Assembly: GCA_965235115.1 (NCBI GenBank)
Contig: OZ249440.1
Span: forward strand, 35,528,001-35,592,000
Direction of reading: 5' to 3'
Length of the DNA: 64,000 bases
Source of the DNA: Laetmonice hystrix
Lineage: Eukaryota
A model generated the notes under the pieces. That model was not told the DNA's origin. It did no database searches and saw only the letters and a list, made by a program, of their open reading frames with translations. Below, in pieces: positions 48,199 to 61,907 of this stretch (its first letter is position 1; each line of letters starts with the position of its first letter). Made by a program: the position numbers and the translations under genes.

Positions 48199-48527
48199 TC
48201 TGCCGTATGTACGTGCAGACATAACCCCCAGATCTCTATGCACTGTAGAGTCTGACTCTGCTTATAGCTAGAGTTTTAAATTAACTGCTGCCATGAACTA
48301 AGTGTATTGTTCGTTTACCTGATGTTACAGGGGACCAGAGTGGTCACTTGGTCAGCAGTGTCTGCCGTATGCATGTACGTGCAGACATAGAACCACCAGA
48401 TCTCTATTCACTGTAGAGTCTGACTCTGCTTATAGCTAGAGTTTTTAAATCGACTGCTGCCACGAACTTTGTGTATTGTTCGTTTACCTGGTGTTACAGG
48501 GGAGCAGAGTGGTCACTTGGTCAGCAG
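48199..48527. repeat. ~165-bp direct duplication in the DIRS 5' UTR
   Basis: TCTGCCGTATG...GGTCACTTGGTCAGCAG occurs twice, starting at ~48199 and ~48361. Confidence 0.85.
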
Positions 48528-51328
48528 GAGTGGTTCTCTAGTGTATTCGCTGAGGAGAGTGGACCGAGGTCTCTACACTCTGATAGCCACCAGCGCACTG
48601 AGGAATCTACGCTCAGCCACCGGCCTTAAGCCACACGTTCGTGACCTACTTCAAGTAGTCACGTAGTGTGATCTCACGTAGTGTGATCACAACTCGAGCA
48701 TCATGGACTTTTAGTTTATTGATGAGTGTTGGGTTTCACGTACAATTAAATTTTAGTTTCAAACATTGGATATATTTATAGGAACTACTTTACTACACTG
48801 TACACATTCAGCACTGTCAATCATTAGGCCTAAGTGTTTAGTAATTTGTAGATTATGAAGAATGTTATCAACTCTGCTGAATAACGACAGCAACATTATA
48901 CTTATCTGTTGTAACAGGCCATTTGCTAGGGACCAGTCTGCAATACAAATAATTACCGGGGTATTCATGAGTGTGAGTCTGTGATGCAACCAAGGGCAGT
49001 AACTTTACTATCAAAACTTTAGTAATGTAGACTTTTTCAAAGGTGTATAGCACAATGAGACCAATGACAATGACATGTTCAGAATGACACAAGGGAACTT
49101 AAGTACATGGGTGTCGGAACAGGGGGGCAGGGGGGGGGCCGTGCCCCCCCAGATTTTGCTGACCAGCGAAAATTTTAAAACCCACCATTTTAAAATGCGG
49201 CTACTAACTTGGAAGACAAAAATTATAAAATATCGAGGGCGCATGGAAACTTTGCCGACCCCCCCCCCCCCCACCTGGCAACCAAACGCTCCGACGCCCC
49301 TGAACTACAGCCATGGGTACGGTCCTGAGAACAGGCTTACTATTGAAAAAGAAGATGAGAATTTATCATTGACATTAGTTCATGTGAAAAGGGCTGTGGC
49401 ACACTATTTTAGGCCTACTATTTTTTAGTCAATTTCCAACACCCTATCCCCAACTTACCTCTCCAGCGCTAGATCTAGGCTTAAGTCAAATGAACTAATT
49501 CACTTGAAGTCACACAAGTGACGCTTTATAAGTTTATTCATGATTTTATTACCGAGGGCAGAGGCTAGACTAGTCTAGATGAAACCACTAAGAGTAAGAC
49601 TAAGAGTCAGATAGGGGCCTAGCCTAGGTCTAACGTTAGCCATGCATGATGCTGGCATTAAACTAAAGACCTAACGTTAGACGTTATAGATTCTAGATCA
49701 TCTAGCCTACTGTATTTATGAAAAACTAACAAACCCTAACACACAGATTGTAAGCCATTTTCGATCTCACTAAAATCAAATGTCAGATTTCACTAAATTC
49801 TGACAGCGAAATATTTACTGGACTTTTATTCTAACTTCTAAGTCTGCCAATCATGTCAATGTGACTGCATGTCGGCGCCGACTGTCAAACTCAAACAGTC
49901 AAAGACAAAATTTCCAAGAAAGAAAAGTGAATGGGAAGAATAACGGGTTACCTCTATATTTACAGAACATCTACACTGGTACAAGCTACACCCAATTACG
50001 CAGTGTAGAGTTGAAATAACTTCAATATTATTGTAATTTCGAGGGAATAAAACATGTCCAAGGACACTCACAGTGTTTGTTTGGGTTGTCGCACCGGGAA
50101 CGGAAGTTGAAGACGCACCTGCTTCGCAGCAACATAGTCTTGCCTTCTTTCTGTTAAAAATCTACCTAGAAATGCTCAGCTGCCGATTTGAGGTTGAAGC
50201 CAGTCTATTTATGTATCTTTTGAAATGAGTCAACTATTATTTGATTATTATTTGATTATTAATCGTTGTTGACCCCACGGCAGTGGTTCAAACAGTGCCA
50301 TCTAGTGTAGACTTATGCAAAGTTCAGATACGTGCTGCCGTCTAGAGTTGGGAAGTAAAGCCTTGTGACTAGCGAAAAACAGACCTGAGATAGCGCTTTT
50401 TGAGGACATTTACAGTATTTTTCATGAAGAAAAATGAAAGAAAGTATCATTATAATAGATCTAGATGTGTCAATGTCTACTAGACTATGTGCTGATGATG
50501 TTGAGTGTATACCTTGCTAAGGCTAACCGTTGACGTCAAAACACGTGTTCCCAGCACATGAACTGACCTATCTTTGAACGTCATTTACTTGAAATGTGAC
50601 GTTTACACATAAGACTGGAAATCGCGCGCACCGTCACATATATTTGACTTAATTAATCCGGTTGAGGTGACCTAGATATGTGAGTCACCCGTGGTCAGTG
50701 GCCATATTGATATAGGTCAAGCTGGTAGTCACAGTGATGCTGGGGTGGAAGTGGGGTTATTATTAGCCTACCAAAGATCCCCATTGTTTGAAAAAGTTTG
50801 CTCCGATCAAACGTTTATAAAGGTTGCACAATGTAAAAAAAAAACGCCTTGACCTTTCTCATAAAATGTTCATATACTACTTACAAGTTACATAACACAC
50901 TACACTAAACATCATCAAATACAGCACGATTAATCACTGACATTCTGTCTTTACGATTCCTTGGAATTCTTCTCAATGGGATGACTCACTATGGCTGACT
51001 GTTTATGGATTGTAGCTCGCAAATGTTCATGAGTCCACATAGATTTGAGCTTTTGCACAATTACACTGTGCGAAATCCGCAGATGTCCTTCATACAAAGT
51101 CTGTATGTCGCCAACCGATTCAGAGTCTGTACCTTTGCTTGTCTTACGAGTCAGGCGGAATCAAGACATGTTCATTAAAAAGTGTCATAGCACTAGAGTT
51201 GCTGCTGCTGACATATACCTGATGTCAGGAAATAAAGAGGTTAAATAGTGTTTACTCCACTGGTACTAGAATGGCAACTCTTTAATACCACTTTGCCTGG
51301 CCAGATCTCTCTGAGCAGGGGCAAATCC

Positions 51329-52583
51329 CTAGAATTGGGTGTTGTGGAACCTATTACCAATACGATTGGCATGCCCACGATGATGCTGTTGTCCCATATG
51401 GTAACTCTGTCGAGGACGGTACTGCTGTGGGTTACCATAACGTGGTTGTTGTTGGTAGTGCTGTGGCGGTGGGTGATAATATGGTTGTTGCCCATGTTGT
51501 TGTTGCTGAGGGTGGCTGTTGTCTTGCCCTCCCAACTGTTGTTCTGGATGAAGCTGACTTGTCTGTCCACGGTTGGCGGCCATCACTTGAGCTTCTAGGC
51601 TTGCAATGGTGGAGTTTTGCTTCACCAGCATCTCCATTAGTTGCTGGTACCGGCTGGCGTCGATACCAGCAGTCGAGCTGGCTTGGACATCACCTTTTCC
51701 TACTGGAGTGTCCAGGATTTCAGTCATGGTCGTTGGTGTCCCCGGTATGAGTGCTCGTACATTAGGCAGGAGGTTGTTTAATACTATGGGCACCAACTAC
51801 TCATCCGTCAAACCAATTCCGTTTCCTTCCTGTCTGACCTCTTTAATGAAGGAACGCACATCTTCATTTGACCGCTGGGATCTTGACCGTAGAGCGTTCT
51901 CCAATTCCCAGCGTTTTGCGGCTTTGGGGCGGTATTTCTCCAGGAATCCGCCAGTCAGATTCTTATAGTTTAATTTGGTGTCTTCCGGGAGATGAACATA
52001 CCATTCTGACGATACGTCGGCACTAAAATACATGGGTAACGTAGCTGCAAGCTTCTCTGGAGCCGTCCATCCTTTACCCTGGGCAATAATTTGGAATTGA
52101 ACTAGCCAGGCCTTGGCATTCATGCCCTCAGTGAATGTTTCCAGTCTATCTGGCGTCTCCAGTGCCTTCATTTTTTCAGTTAAAGTGTTAATGGATGCCT
52201 CCATGTTGGCTTGGTCCTGACCTATTCAATGAGTGATACCTGAACGTAAATTGTGTGCCGGGCCGAGCGTGAGTTGAGAGGTAGAGCGTGTGGATCTGCT
52301 CATAGAGCTGAGTGACTGAGAGAATCAGTAGAGTGAAACCTAGAGAACAGCTGAGTGTGGGGTTTGGCGGCAAATTTGGAAAAAATATTTCTGAACCACG
52401 TGGTTGTAATGGCGGATGTGTTATGGTACAAACGAGGATAGACCTCGGGTTCTCACACCAATTTAGTATTTCTCCTCTGCAACTTAGGGATCTTATATTT
52501 TGTATTAGATTATTATGAAACGATTGGTTTGTAAACTTAGGGGAGTGATAACTAGCTAGGTAAACGTAAATACATTATCCTTA
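51329..52583 (-). mobile_element. gag: Ty3/Gypsy remnant: LTR 3' end, PBS and gag pseudogene with an in-frame TAG at 51797-51799
   Basis: PBS-like TGGTGTGAGAA (52450-52460, tRNA-Leu-like); AKAWLVQFQIIAQGKGW..EWY..FLEKY..QRSNEDVRSF; no pol downstream. Confidence 0.75.
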
Positions 52584-53139
52584 AGGGAAAGAAAAGAGAA
52601 GGTTGATTTACGATTACAAAGAACATCCGTAGCATTTATTTTACAAATATTAATGATGATGGCCGATGGCCGAACCACGTGGCCAGGCCACTACACAAGT
52701 TGGGGTTTTGCCAGATGGCACATCCGGCACCCCTCCGCACCATACATAGACATAGTATACAGATTACAACAGAGAGTCGGTAAAGATCAGTAGGCACTGG
52801 CACAACAAAAACATTTTGGATCACTCACCGATGGTCAAGGTACACGCGTGAGGTGTTACGAATTGGTCCTATGAGAACTGTTAGGGTTAGGGTTAGGGTG
52901 TCCAGGTAGCCTATAACTGCATCTATAATCCACCCCCTTATCAGTCACTAATCAGCATCAATGACGCAACTCAGTTGCAAAATGTTTTACTTTTTATTAC
53001 TGCCCGGAGAAAACCACAGACTGAGACCGCCACTGTGGCGCCGCCCCCGCATTTCTTTATGTTCTCTGCACACCTCCGCAGAGGTGTTCTTACTGTAATA
53101 AGTACGACGTATAAAAAATACGTAAGAGAGGTTGTTATA

Positions 53140-53752
53140 CTTAGCGGTACTGACCTTGGCATGTCATCACCCCAGTGGCTGAAAACAAAAGCCATGGCCT
53201 CCCAATTCCCCATTTGGTGGATGACATCCGGTGCCTTTTGTTGGCCTCATACAGTTTCTGCTTGTCGATGTCTGATTTTCTCTTCTTTTCTTTGTCCTTA
53301 CTGGGGTCCTTCCCCCCCCCCCCCCCCAGCCCCAGTAAGATACTTCCACATGATTCTCGAGAGCGGCCGCAGTCGTAACAGCCGCTGGCTTCGACCTTGA
53401 ACGACAGCTGCAAAGCTGAGTGTATAGCCTGTTCTGATTGGGTGACTTTCCAGTGACAGCCAATCAGAATTCACGTTATCAAATCACTTAGGCGCTAAAG
53501 CCTGAAGTGGCGCCATCTAACGTTACAGATCGCACACCGGGGCGCCATCTAGTAGGTTATGCGGGAACCTAGCTAGATAGCTGGGAGTTGCTCAAGACAA
53601 GTGCGGTGTCGGCAGTGTTGGGTTTGGCTCGGGGTCTGTGTGCTATGCGATGATTAGGTCGTATTTCCGGACGACTGAAATGGACAATTAGGTCGTCTGG
53701 AATCATTTTAGGTCGTAATTTACGACTGGACGACCGCCAGTGCACATCACTG
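53140..53752 (-). mobile_element. 5' end of a hAT-like transposon with a decayed N-terminal coding fragment
   Basis: Terminus CAGTGATGTGCACTGG with GGTCGT subterminal repeats; YEANKR..W..RPWL. Confidence 0.4.
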
Positions 53753-54870
53753 CTGAAAGACCATCTACATGTGCCAGGATCAAGTACTAAGTACTAATTT
53801 GGTTTTTATATATGTATATGATAACCCTTCAAGAGGAAACTGCTGGATTACCTGTTGAGCGAACTTTTTCTCTGCATCATCCGGCATCTGACGAAGTTTC
53901 TCAATCTCTGTGTCCTGCAGGAAAAATGGGCTTGATTAGGATCAAATTATAATTAGTGAATAAACGGATAATATAAATACAGAAAAATACATCTCATCCT
54001 GAAAGACCATCTACATATATGTGCCAGGATCAAGTACTAACCCAATTTTTACCTCCTTGATCAGTACACACTGCTCTACTTTACACTGGGTGAGGTCAAA
54101 ATAAATGTTAGTGTCAGTGTTGTGTATTAGTGTTCCAGGGGTTCAATTCGAAGTTCCCGTAGGGCGCCTGGATAAAAGAGTACTAACCAATTTTTACCTC
54201 CTTGGGCCCCTTCCTCGCTCGGGCTAGAGATGTGGCATCTGGCTGACACAGAAGTATTGCTCGTCTTTACTGAAGTGTGTCGGCTGAAAGGCCAAGTTGG
54301 GTGTCCTTAAGGCAGACAATGCTTGGTCCATGTCACATTCCGACCACCTTCCGTATTTACCTCTGAAAAATTCAAATGGGAATTTATCAGAAAATTCAAG
54401 AATCGGGCATAGAGGAGGGTAGTCCTATAACAATGCAGAGAGAGCCACTCTGTTGGTATGCAAGAAAGTTCTTCTTTATCTAACCCCCCAATCAAGAATA
54501 TTCAATTCGAGGAGGCACCTCCCCTCATTGTTTGACGTAGCCGTAGTCCGTATTGCCTAATGCCCCACCCTCCTGAAGATGAAATTTAAAATCCAATGGA
54601 CAAAACAATTGTGTTAAGTAGGCCTAAGCATTGCTGATATATTGGACCACTCCGCTGGTATATTGAACAAGTGGTGGTCCAGTATACCGTTCCCACGGTG
54701 GTCCAATATAGCTGAGCACATGATGAAGACCCCGGATATAGAGCGACAACGCTCCTGAAACTTTGATCTTCAAATGTTCCTCATTCATTGATAAAGTCCT
54801 GCTTTCACTGCTCATGTGCGTCAGTTAGCTGAAGTATCACAATCTGCAGTTCCACATCACTTTGCTTACA

Positions 54871-55800
54871 CCCGGGATAAAATAGGTTCCTTTGGTTTTA
54901 TGGTCTTATAACTCTGTTTTCGCCGTGAAGATGGCCCCAGATGCCGACACGGCGCAAAACCACCACTACTCACTGACTCGCTTACACACATGCCTAACAA
55001 AAGAACGTAAAAATAACTAATTACTGCTCACCTCTTTGGACTTGCGGAATCTGCCATTCTGTCCTCGCGATGCCCTTTTCAGTTTGAGGTCCTGCCGGGT
55101 GCCTGGGGCTGGACTTCCGACTCTTTTTTTTTTTAGCTCAGGCTCGTCCATAGCCCTGTTGGGGTGACAGGATGGAGTATGTTTTAATGATATTCCCGTT
55201 GGGACTTGCCAATTTTTACTCTCATCAGACAAAGGTTTTATAATGAGACGAGTCTTAAGGATTTTTAGCAATATCAGACCAGGAGTGATTGTAGAGTTCT
55301 TGTCAGAGGCTGGACTTCTGACTCTTTTATAGTTTAGGCTCGTCGATAGCCCCGTTGGGCTGACAGGATGGAGTGTATTTTAATGATATTCCCGTTGGGG
55401 CCCGGGATAAAATAGGTTCCTTTCATTTCATGGTCTTTTAACCCTGTTTTCGCTGTGAAGATGGCCCGGATGCCGACACGGCAGAAAACCACCACTACTC
55501 ACTCACTCAGCGTCCTGCACCCTGTATGCATATATACAGTGGCTGGTCTGTGAGACGGTCTACATCACAAGCATCTGGTGCATTCTTGCCGTCACCTCCT
55601 GGAGTGAGGATGCTGGACTTCTGACTCTTTTATAGTTCAGGCTCGTTGATAGCCCGGTTGGATGGCGTGTGTTTCAATGATATTCCCACTGGGGCCCGGG
55701 ATAAAATAGGCTCCTTTCATTTATGGTCTTTTAACCCTCTTTTTGCCGTGAAGATGGCCCCGGATGCCGACACGGCGGAATACCACCACTACTCACTCAT
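54871..55800 (+). mobile_element. Cluster of short 3'-end copies of the I-group LINE (~54871-54979, ~55213-55508, ~55612-55798)
   Basis: Each ends in GTGAAGATGGCCC..GATGCCGACACGGC..ACCACCACTACTCACT. Confidence 0.85.
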
Positions 55801-56628
55801 ATCTAGATCAAGAATTGCAGCGTGCCTTTGTGCTCGTAGTTTATTTCGTATTCCTTTATAAAGTGCATCACCTTGAAACAGTACTAAATGAACCTCAGAG
55901 GTTGAGGGATCTTCCAAACTCTGCAGGTCATGAATGGCAAGCACGGCAGCACAAAGACAAAAGCGCCCCCTGGAGGTATCTGAGAAAACGTCATTCCCCT
56001 GGTGGACACTAGCCTGTACTACATGACAAACTATAAGGGAGGTCTCTGTGGGAACACCCTCACATGGTTTTTAGGATAGAGCGAACGGAAGGTGGATTGA
56101 AGATGGAGGCGATGTTGTTGTTGACGAAGACTTCATATTTATTGGAGATGTTCAGATACAGTCGGAGTTGCGGACTCTCCTCCATACCGTACCGGGCTCC
56201 CAAATCAACGGTTCCTGGAATGTCGCTCCAAGGAAAGGAGGCAAGAGAGAGCGTTTTTTTACATTTAGAAATTAGGTATATATTGAAATTTGGGGAGCCA
56301 CCCCTTTCTGACTTCGTCTCAGCGAACATCCTGGATCCGCTCCTGCAATCTAACCTTCTGGGCAATGAAAAATGTACTCACATGGGTGCAAGCCTGCAGA
56401 AAGATGCACAGGTTTGTAGTCAGGATTATGCGATTGTTTTAGTTAAACAACCCGTCCATGTGCTCTTTGTACGAGAAGAGGGTCCTACACAGTTAGTCTG
56501 CCATAGACAGATATCCCTGAATGGAAGGAAGCGAAGCTGTTTTCCCTGGAGAATACTTCTTACCATGCAGTGGCATGTGATGGATATAATGGACATAATG
56601 TCTACACTATAAGTAGCTTTATGCGACA

Positions 56629-56938
56629 TGGTCATTATTAGGGCATGGTACCTGAGAAGTATGCCTTGTCTGTATGTGTTTCCACCTGATTGGTCATTAT
56701 TAGGGCATGGTACCTGAGAAGTATGCCTTGTCTGTATGTGTTTCCACCTGATTGGTCATTATTAGGGCATGGTACCTGAGAAGTATGCCTTGTCTGTATG
56801 TGTTTCCACCTGATTGGTCATTATTAGGGCATGGTACCTGAGAAGTATGCCTTGTCTGTATGTGTTTCCACCTGATTGGTCATTATTAGGGCATGGTACC
56901 TGAGAAGTATGCCTTGTCTGTATGTGTTTTCACCTGAT
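56629..56938. repeat. 62-bp minisatellite x5, near-identical copies
   Basis: TGGTCATTATTAGGGCATGGTACCTGAGAAG at 56629, 56691, 56753, 56815 and 56877. Confidence 0.95.
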
Positions 56939-56999
56939 CGAAATGCAACCCATATTTCCTTATTCAGAGGTTATTAAAATGTGAAGTAAAGACACCTAC

Positions 57000-57550
57000 G
57001 TCATTGTACCGTGTCTTGGTCATAAATCACTGCTGCATTTGTGAACAGCACTTTCGATAAGCGTGGATGGCCTTTACAAAAAGGGCACTTCCTCTCTACG
57101 TGTTCCAACTATTGAATGGACAGCAGATCCGTTGGTGACTCTGGGGGGTGTTTTTCAGTGGGGATTTTAACGCACGACAAGATAACGACAGATGAGGAAC
57201 GCACCCCTGGTAGGTAAGTAGGTAACATAGCTGTCAATGTTCTCCAGCCTCTTCAGTTACCTCCTGCTCTGCTGCTGTCTGTTCCACTTCCTGATTTTCT
57301 GTCTCCTCGTCATGCTCTGCTCCCGACCCATCCGTTTGAACCTCTTCCAGATGCTGGTCATTCCTGTAAAGATGGCATCTGGCCAACTTTACATGGAAGC
57401 ATGACTGTCGCATAGGCATGCAGGCGCATTTCACCGTCGGCCTCTTTGTATCGATGGTCACCACAACCCATCCAAGCTGCGCCGATTGAGTGTTCTTGAT
57501 CACCACAACTGATACAAAAAGCAGGGATGACCCAGGGTTTGGTTGCCACA
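57000..57550 (-). pseudogene. Transposase-like fragment with a SWIM Zn finger
   Basis: VKCACMPMRQSCFHVKLA (CxC..CxH) followed by an acidic stretch. Confidence 0.35.
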
Positions 57551-57551
57551 T

Positions 57552-60060
57552 GAGGTAGGTAGGTAGGTAGTTTATTTTTGAAAGCATAATAATATACATT
57601 GTAGTATTATGAGTACATGTGGTACAATACACTGTACAATAATATTGATGATACATAATTATAGCATATTCATGTAGTGGATTATGGGTACAGGGAGTAC
57701 TATTACCAAAAAAAACAAAACAGTATGCTTTCAAGGAAACCCATCGGAGATTTGAAGATCTGTAACCCTGTGTATGACAATAATTGTTTAGATGACAGAT
57801 AATATACAAAACTCAAGTATAGTCACAAATAAATAATAAATAACATAACTTCCTACAGGAAGCTATACCAAACTCCAGAGTAAATAGTCATATGTGTAGC
57901 CATGTTTATCTATAGTCATTTATAAAATCCTTAAATTCATTCAAATATAATATATATATATAGATATATATATAAATTCATCAATATACAGCCATAAATT
58001 TGTTTCTTAGGGAAAGTTTGAAAATATTTCTTGTCCTAGCAGTTTTAATGGTCTGATCAAGATTCATCCAGAGTTCAGGACCTTCATAGAGGAAGCTTCT
58101 TTTGACAGTTTCTGTATTAAATTTGGGGGGTCTTAAATCACGGCTGTGCCTTGTGTTATGGTCGTGTATATCATGCTGATAGTCAAACAAGAGCAGAAGT
58201 GGACACGGAAGATTAGCATGTATGTATCGATACATAAACATAGCAATTTGTTCACGGTGGATATCAATCAGCTTGGGTATATTTGTCCGTTTAAAGAGCG
58301 GTGAAGATGGTTCGTTATATTTAGAGTTACTAATAACACGTATGGCCTTCTTTTGTAAGACCTCCAATCTTTTAGTGTATTTTTTATAGGTGTTTCCCCA
58401 CATAATGTTACCATAGATCAGATATGGATGAACTAGACTGTAATAAATTAGTTTCAAAAGATTGGATGAGAGTAGTTGTTTAGCCATGTTCATAGCATAA
58501 ATTCCACTAGCCACCTTACTCGAAACGTGATTAATATGTTTATCCCAACTTAGTTTATCATCTATAATAACACCTAGGAATTTAGTATATTGCACTTGTT
58601 CTAAGACGTCATCGTTAATAATAAGATTTAGATTTAAAATCTGATATGCGAGGGGTTGTTTAGTGAAGATCATATATTTAGTTTTTGCAGTATTGACTGC
58701 GAGACGATTTGCTTTGAACCATTCAGATAAGTTATTTAAGTCATCATTCATATATTCAAACAGGTGGATAGTGTTAGTGCCTTTACACAGTAATGTGGTA
58801 TCGTCAGCAAATATAGTCGGGTGACTATAGGTCAGGGCCCTAGGTAGGTCATTTATATAAATTATGAAGAGGAGTGGGCCAAGAACAGAACCCTGTGGGA
58901 CTCCATGATCAATTGGTTTCTCAACTGATTGTGTTCCATTAAACACAACATACTGCCTCCTATTATTTAAATAACTTTCAAACCATTCCAGTGCTTTACC
59001 TCTTATACCATAATGATTTAATTTAGAGAGTAATATTGAGTGATTAATTGTATCAAAAGCCTTGGAAAGATCTAAATATACGGCAATACAGCTTTCCTTA
59101 TTGTCAAGAGAATTTAAAACTTTGGATACAAATTCTGTTATAGCATCATTTGTTGAGTGTGAGGGTCTAAAACCGTACTGACTGTCATACAATACGTTGT
59201 TCTTTTGTAAGAAGGAGTAGAGCCTTTTGTGAACAACTTTTTCCATAAGTTTAGAAATATTTGCTAGCAGTGATATCGGTCTGTAATTAGTAAAGAGTTC
59301 CTTACTTTTACCTTTATGTACAGGGATAACTTTAGCAAGTTTCATACCATCAGGTACTATACCTTGTTGTAACGACATATTTACAATCATGGATATAGGT
59401 CCGCTGCATCCATCAGCGTTTTTTTTTAACAATTCCAAACTAATTCCATCGTCACCTGAGCTTTTCTTAGGTTCGCATTGATTTAATATAGACATAATCT
59501 CATGGGGGGTGGTAGGACTAAGAAAAATTGAACTGGCAACTGGATTAGTTTTCATATAGAATTCTGCCGAATGGTTAGATTTCGGTATTTTATCAGAGAC
59601 TTGTTTACCAATGTTTTGAAAATAGGTCGCAAATTCGTTGGCTATGGTGACTTTGTCAGTTACTTTTTCCCCATTTATGATAAACATGTCGGAAATTGGA
59701 CTATTCTTATTGGTACGACCAACTATCTTGTTAATTATATTCCAAGTTTTGGAGATATTGTCTCCAAACTCCCTCAGCATTTTCTATAATACAATTCTTT
59801 GGCATATTTTTTAGTCTTGTTGAACACACTTCTATAGCCTACATATCTGGCATACATCAAACTTTCTTTACATTTACCCAGTGATTTCTTAAACAGTTGA
59901 TGACATTTTCGAGATGATTTCATGAGGCCAGGTGACATCCAAGGTTCTCTAATTATTGATCTAAAGGGAATTGTTACTTTTTTCACAGGTGCAAATCTGT
60001 CAATTATACTAATGAAATATTGGATAAATGAGTCATAATTTGTAGTAACATTATCTGACG
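57552..60060 (-). mobile_element. 5'-truncated CR1/L2-like LINE with an intact 599-aa RT ORF (57981-59780) and (ACCT)n tail
   Basis: NYRPISLL, QYGFR, YLDLSKAFD, GVPQGSVLGP, FADDT, KFLGV; upstream frameshifted PWMSPGL; AATAAA followed by (ACCT)n at 57552-57576. Confidence 0.92.
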
Positions 60061-60462
60061 GCTGAAGGTTTCCCAGTGGGCGTACACTCATCGGTAACCT
60101 CAAATCCCTTGATGACTCCTTCAACACCTTATCATCTCATCAACCATTTGGGCTGTGACCTGCAGCTGATGGTCTTCGTCCTCTGTATAATCAACTGCCG
60201 TGAGGTTTGGGCAGGCGTAGGTTGTAATGTTACCTCGTCCGTATGCTCTGGAAGCCTCCTGGAAGGCCACACTCGCTCTAACCTTCAGGGCCTAAACATC
60301 AGAAAAACAGGCTTGATTGGATACTATACAAACAGAAGTAGTCGGTTCATCCTGAAAGACCATCATCTACATGTGCCAGGTTATTTCGTATCAAGTACTA
60401 ACCCAATGTTTACCTCCTTGATCAGTACACACTGCTCTACTTTTCAAGTGCACTGGGTGAGG

Positions 60463-60580
60463 GCCAATCGACAAAATAGATCCCTTTCATTTTATGGTCT
60501 TTTTACTCTGGTTTCACCGTGAAGATGGCCCTGGATGCCGACACGGTGTAAAACCACCACTACTCACTCACTCACTCACT
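60463..60580 (+). mobile_element. 118-bp I-group LINE 3' end with a 12-bp TSD
   Basis: CACTGGGTGAGG at 60451-60462 and 60581-60592; (ACTC)n tail. Confidence 0.8.
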
Positions 60581-61907
60581 CACTGGGTGAGGTCAAAATG
60601 TATTAGTGTTGGGCGTTCAGTGTTCCAGTGGTCGAAATTAGATACATGGCGTATAACCAGCATTACACTTCTCTTACTCACTTACTCGCTGATCTCTTGT
60701 GTTCTTTCTATTGGAGATGGCTCCCTTGTTCCTACATCGACCACACTTTGGCTTCACCTGGGACTGTTGTGCTGGCAAGGTCTTTTCCAACAGACAATAT
60801 CTTGAGGATCTGGGAGACAATTAGCCAAATAGTGCAGACAGGGGCACGGCCGGAAGTCCATGCCAGTTTGTTGCAACTTTGGTTTGGGACTGAGGCTGTG
60901 TCAACCCCATTAATATTTTCAATATTTCTGCTGATAATGGGACCTAAACATCAGAGAAAATGGGCTTGATTAGTGAATAAAAGATGCTACATGAACAGAA
61001 GTATGCAGCGCATCGTTAAAGACCATCTACATAATGAACCACGGCAGTGGCTTGAGTAAAAGCTAGGCTTTCAAGCCGGCTCAGCCCCTCACGGAGCAGC
61101 TCGGCCTGACCGCCCGTGATGTCCAGGGCCGCAACATCTCCCGGTGTCATGAGTAGCAAAGCATCCTTGCCTTTTTAGACCATTGTCGGAAGACCATGTA
61201 GAAAAGTCAGTCTCAGCCATTTTCAAGTTACGGGATGCAGCAAGATGAAAGCCGGTCTAAACTCCTGCGCGGTGCGTCAGCAACTGATTACACACCACAG
61301 GTCCCAGCTGGCCACACGCGCAGCATCCAGACGCATTAAGTAACCTGACCTCATAGTTGCAGCAAAGATATGGCACGCTGATAGACTCATTAACCATGAT
61401 GTCAGATTGCTATTTCTAAAGTAAAAGTCTAAAACTGTGTCAAATGCCTTTTGAAATGTCTTTTCTTAATCGTCAAATGTCACAAGATAATAAATCGACT
61501 ATGAGACGGAGGATGCCATCTTTGATCAAAAAGTACCGTCTTATTCTCTGCAAAATACAGTACACAGTTCAAAGTAGATATCTGGCGACCAAAATGCATA
61601 GGCCTATTGAAAATTCCCTATTATATTAGTTACATTCTTCAGTGACTCCACATAATTTCTGCTGGTGACGTATGAGTTTTGAAGATTTCTGTCTCACTTG
61701 TTTCAGGTGTTTGTACTTCAATCGCGATGTGTTTTAATGGTGTTTGTGTGTCTACTAGTCGGTGTTTTTGAGCTTGCTCTCTTGTGTTGTATCTTGGGAA
61801 TAACGGACTCATATCATTATTTAGAATTGGCTCTTGCTGTTGCATATCATGCTGAACACGTTCGGTTGTAGCTCTATTTGACGTTGGTGTTGGGGTGTTA
61901 TTCCTCT

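Larger units (their letters stand above)
42279..48672 (-). mobile_element. Structurally complete DIRS1-like tyrosine-recombinase retrotransposon
   Basis: Inverted terminal core 42347-42386 / 48597-48636; ICR 42507-42624 complementary to both termini; gag, RT-RH-MT and YR ORFs. Confidence 0.95.
39055..50638. mobile_element. Candidate outer TIR element (TGT...ACA) enclosing nested insertions
   Basis: TGTGACACTGCACGCGATTTCCAGTCTTATG at 39055 is inverted at 50608-50638 (3 mismatches); TATA flanks both ends. Confidence 0.55.

Noticed and set aside
52881..52899. (TTAGGG)3 telomeric motif
   Set aside because: Only three units; such short tracts are common inside invertebrate repeats and are not evidence of a telomere fusion.
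56064..56612. 182-aa ORF as a host gene
   Set aside because: No recognisable motif; it spans a GGATCCGC-type MITE end and is probably a chance ORF.
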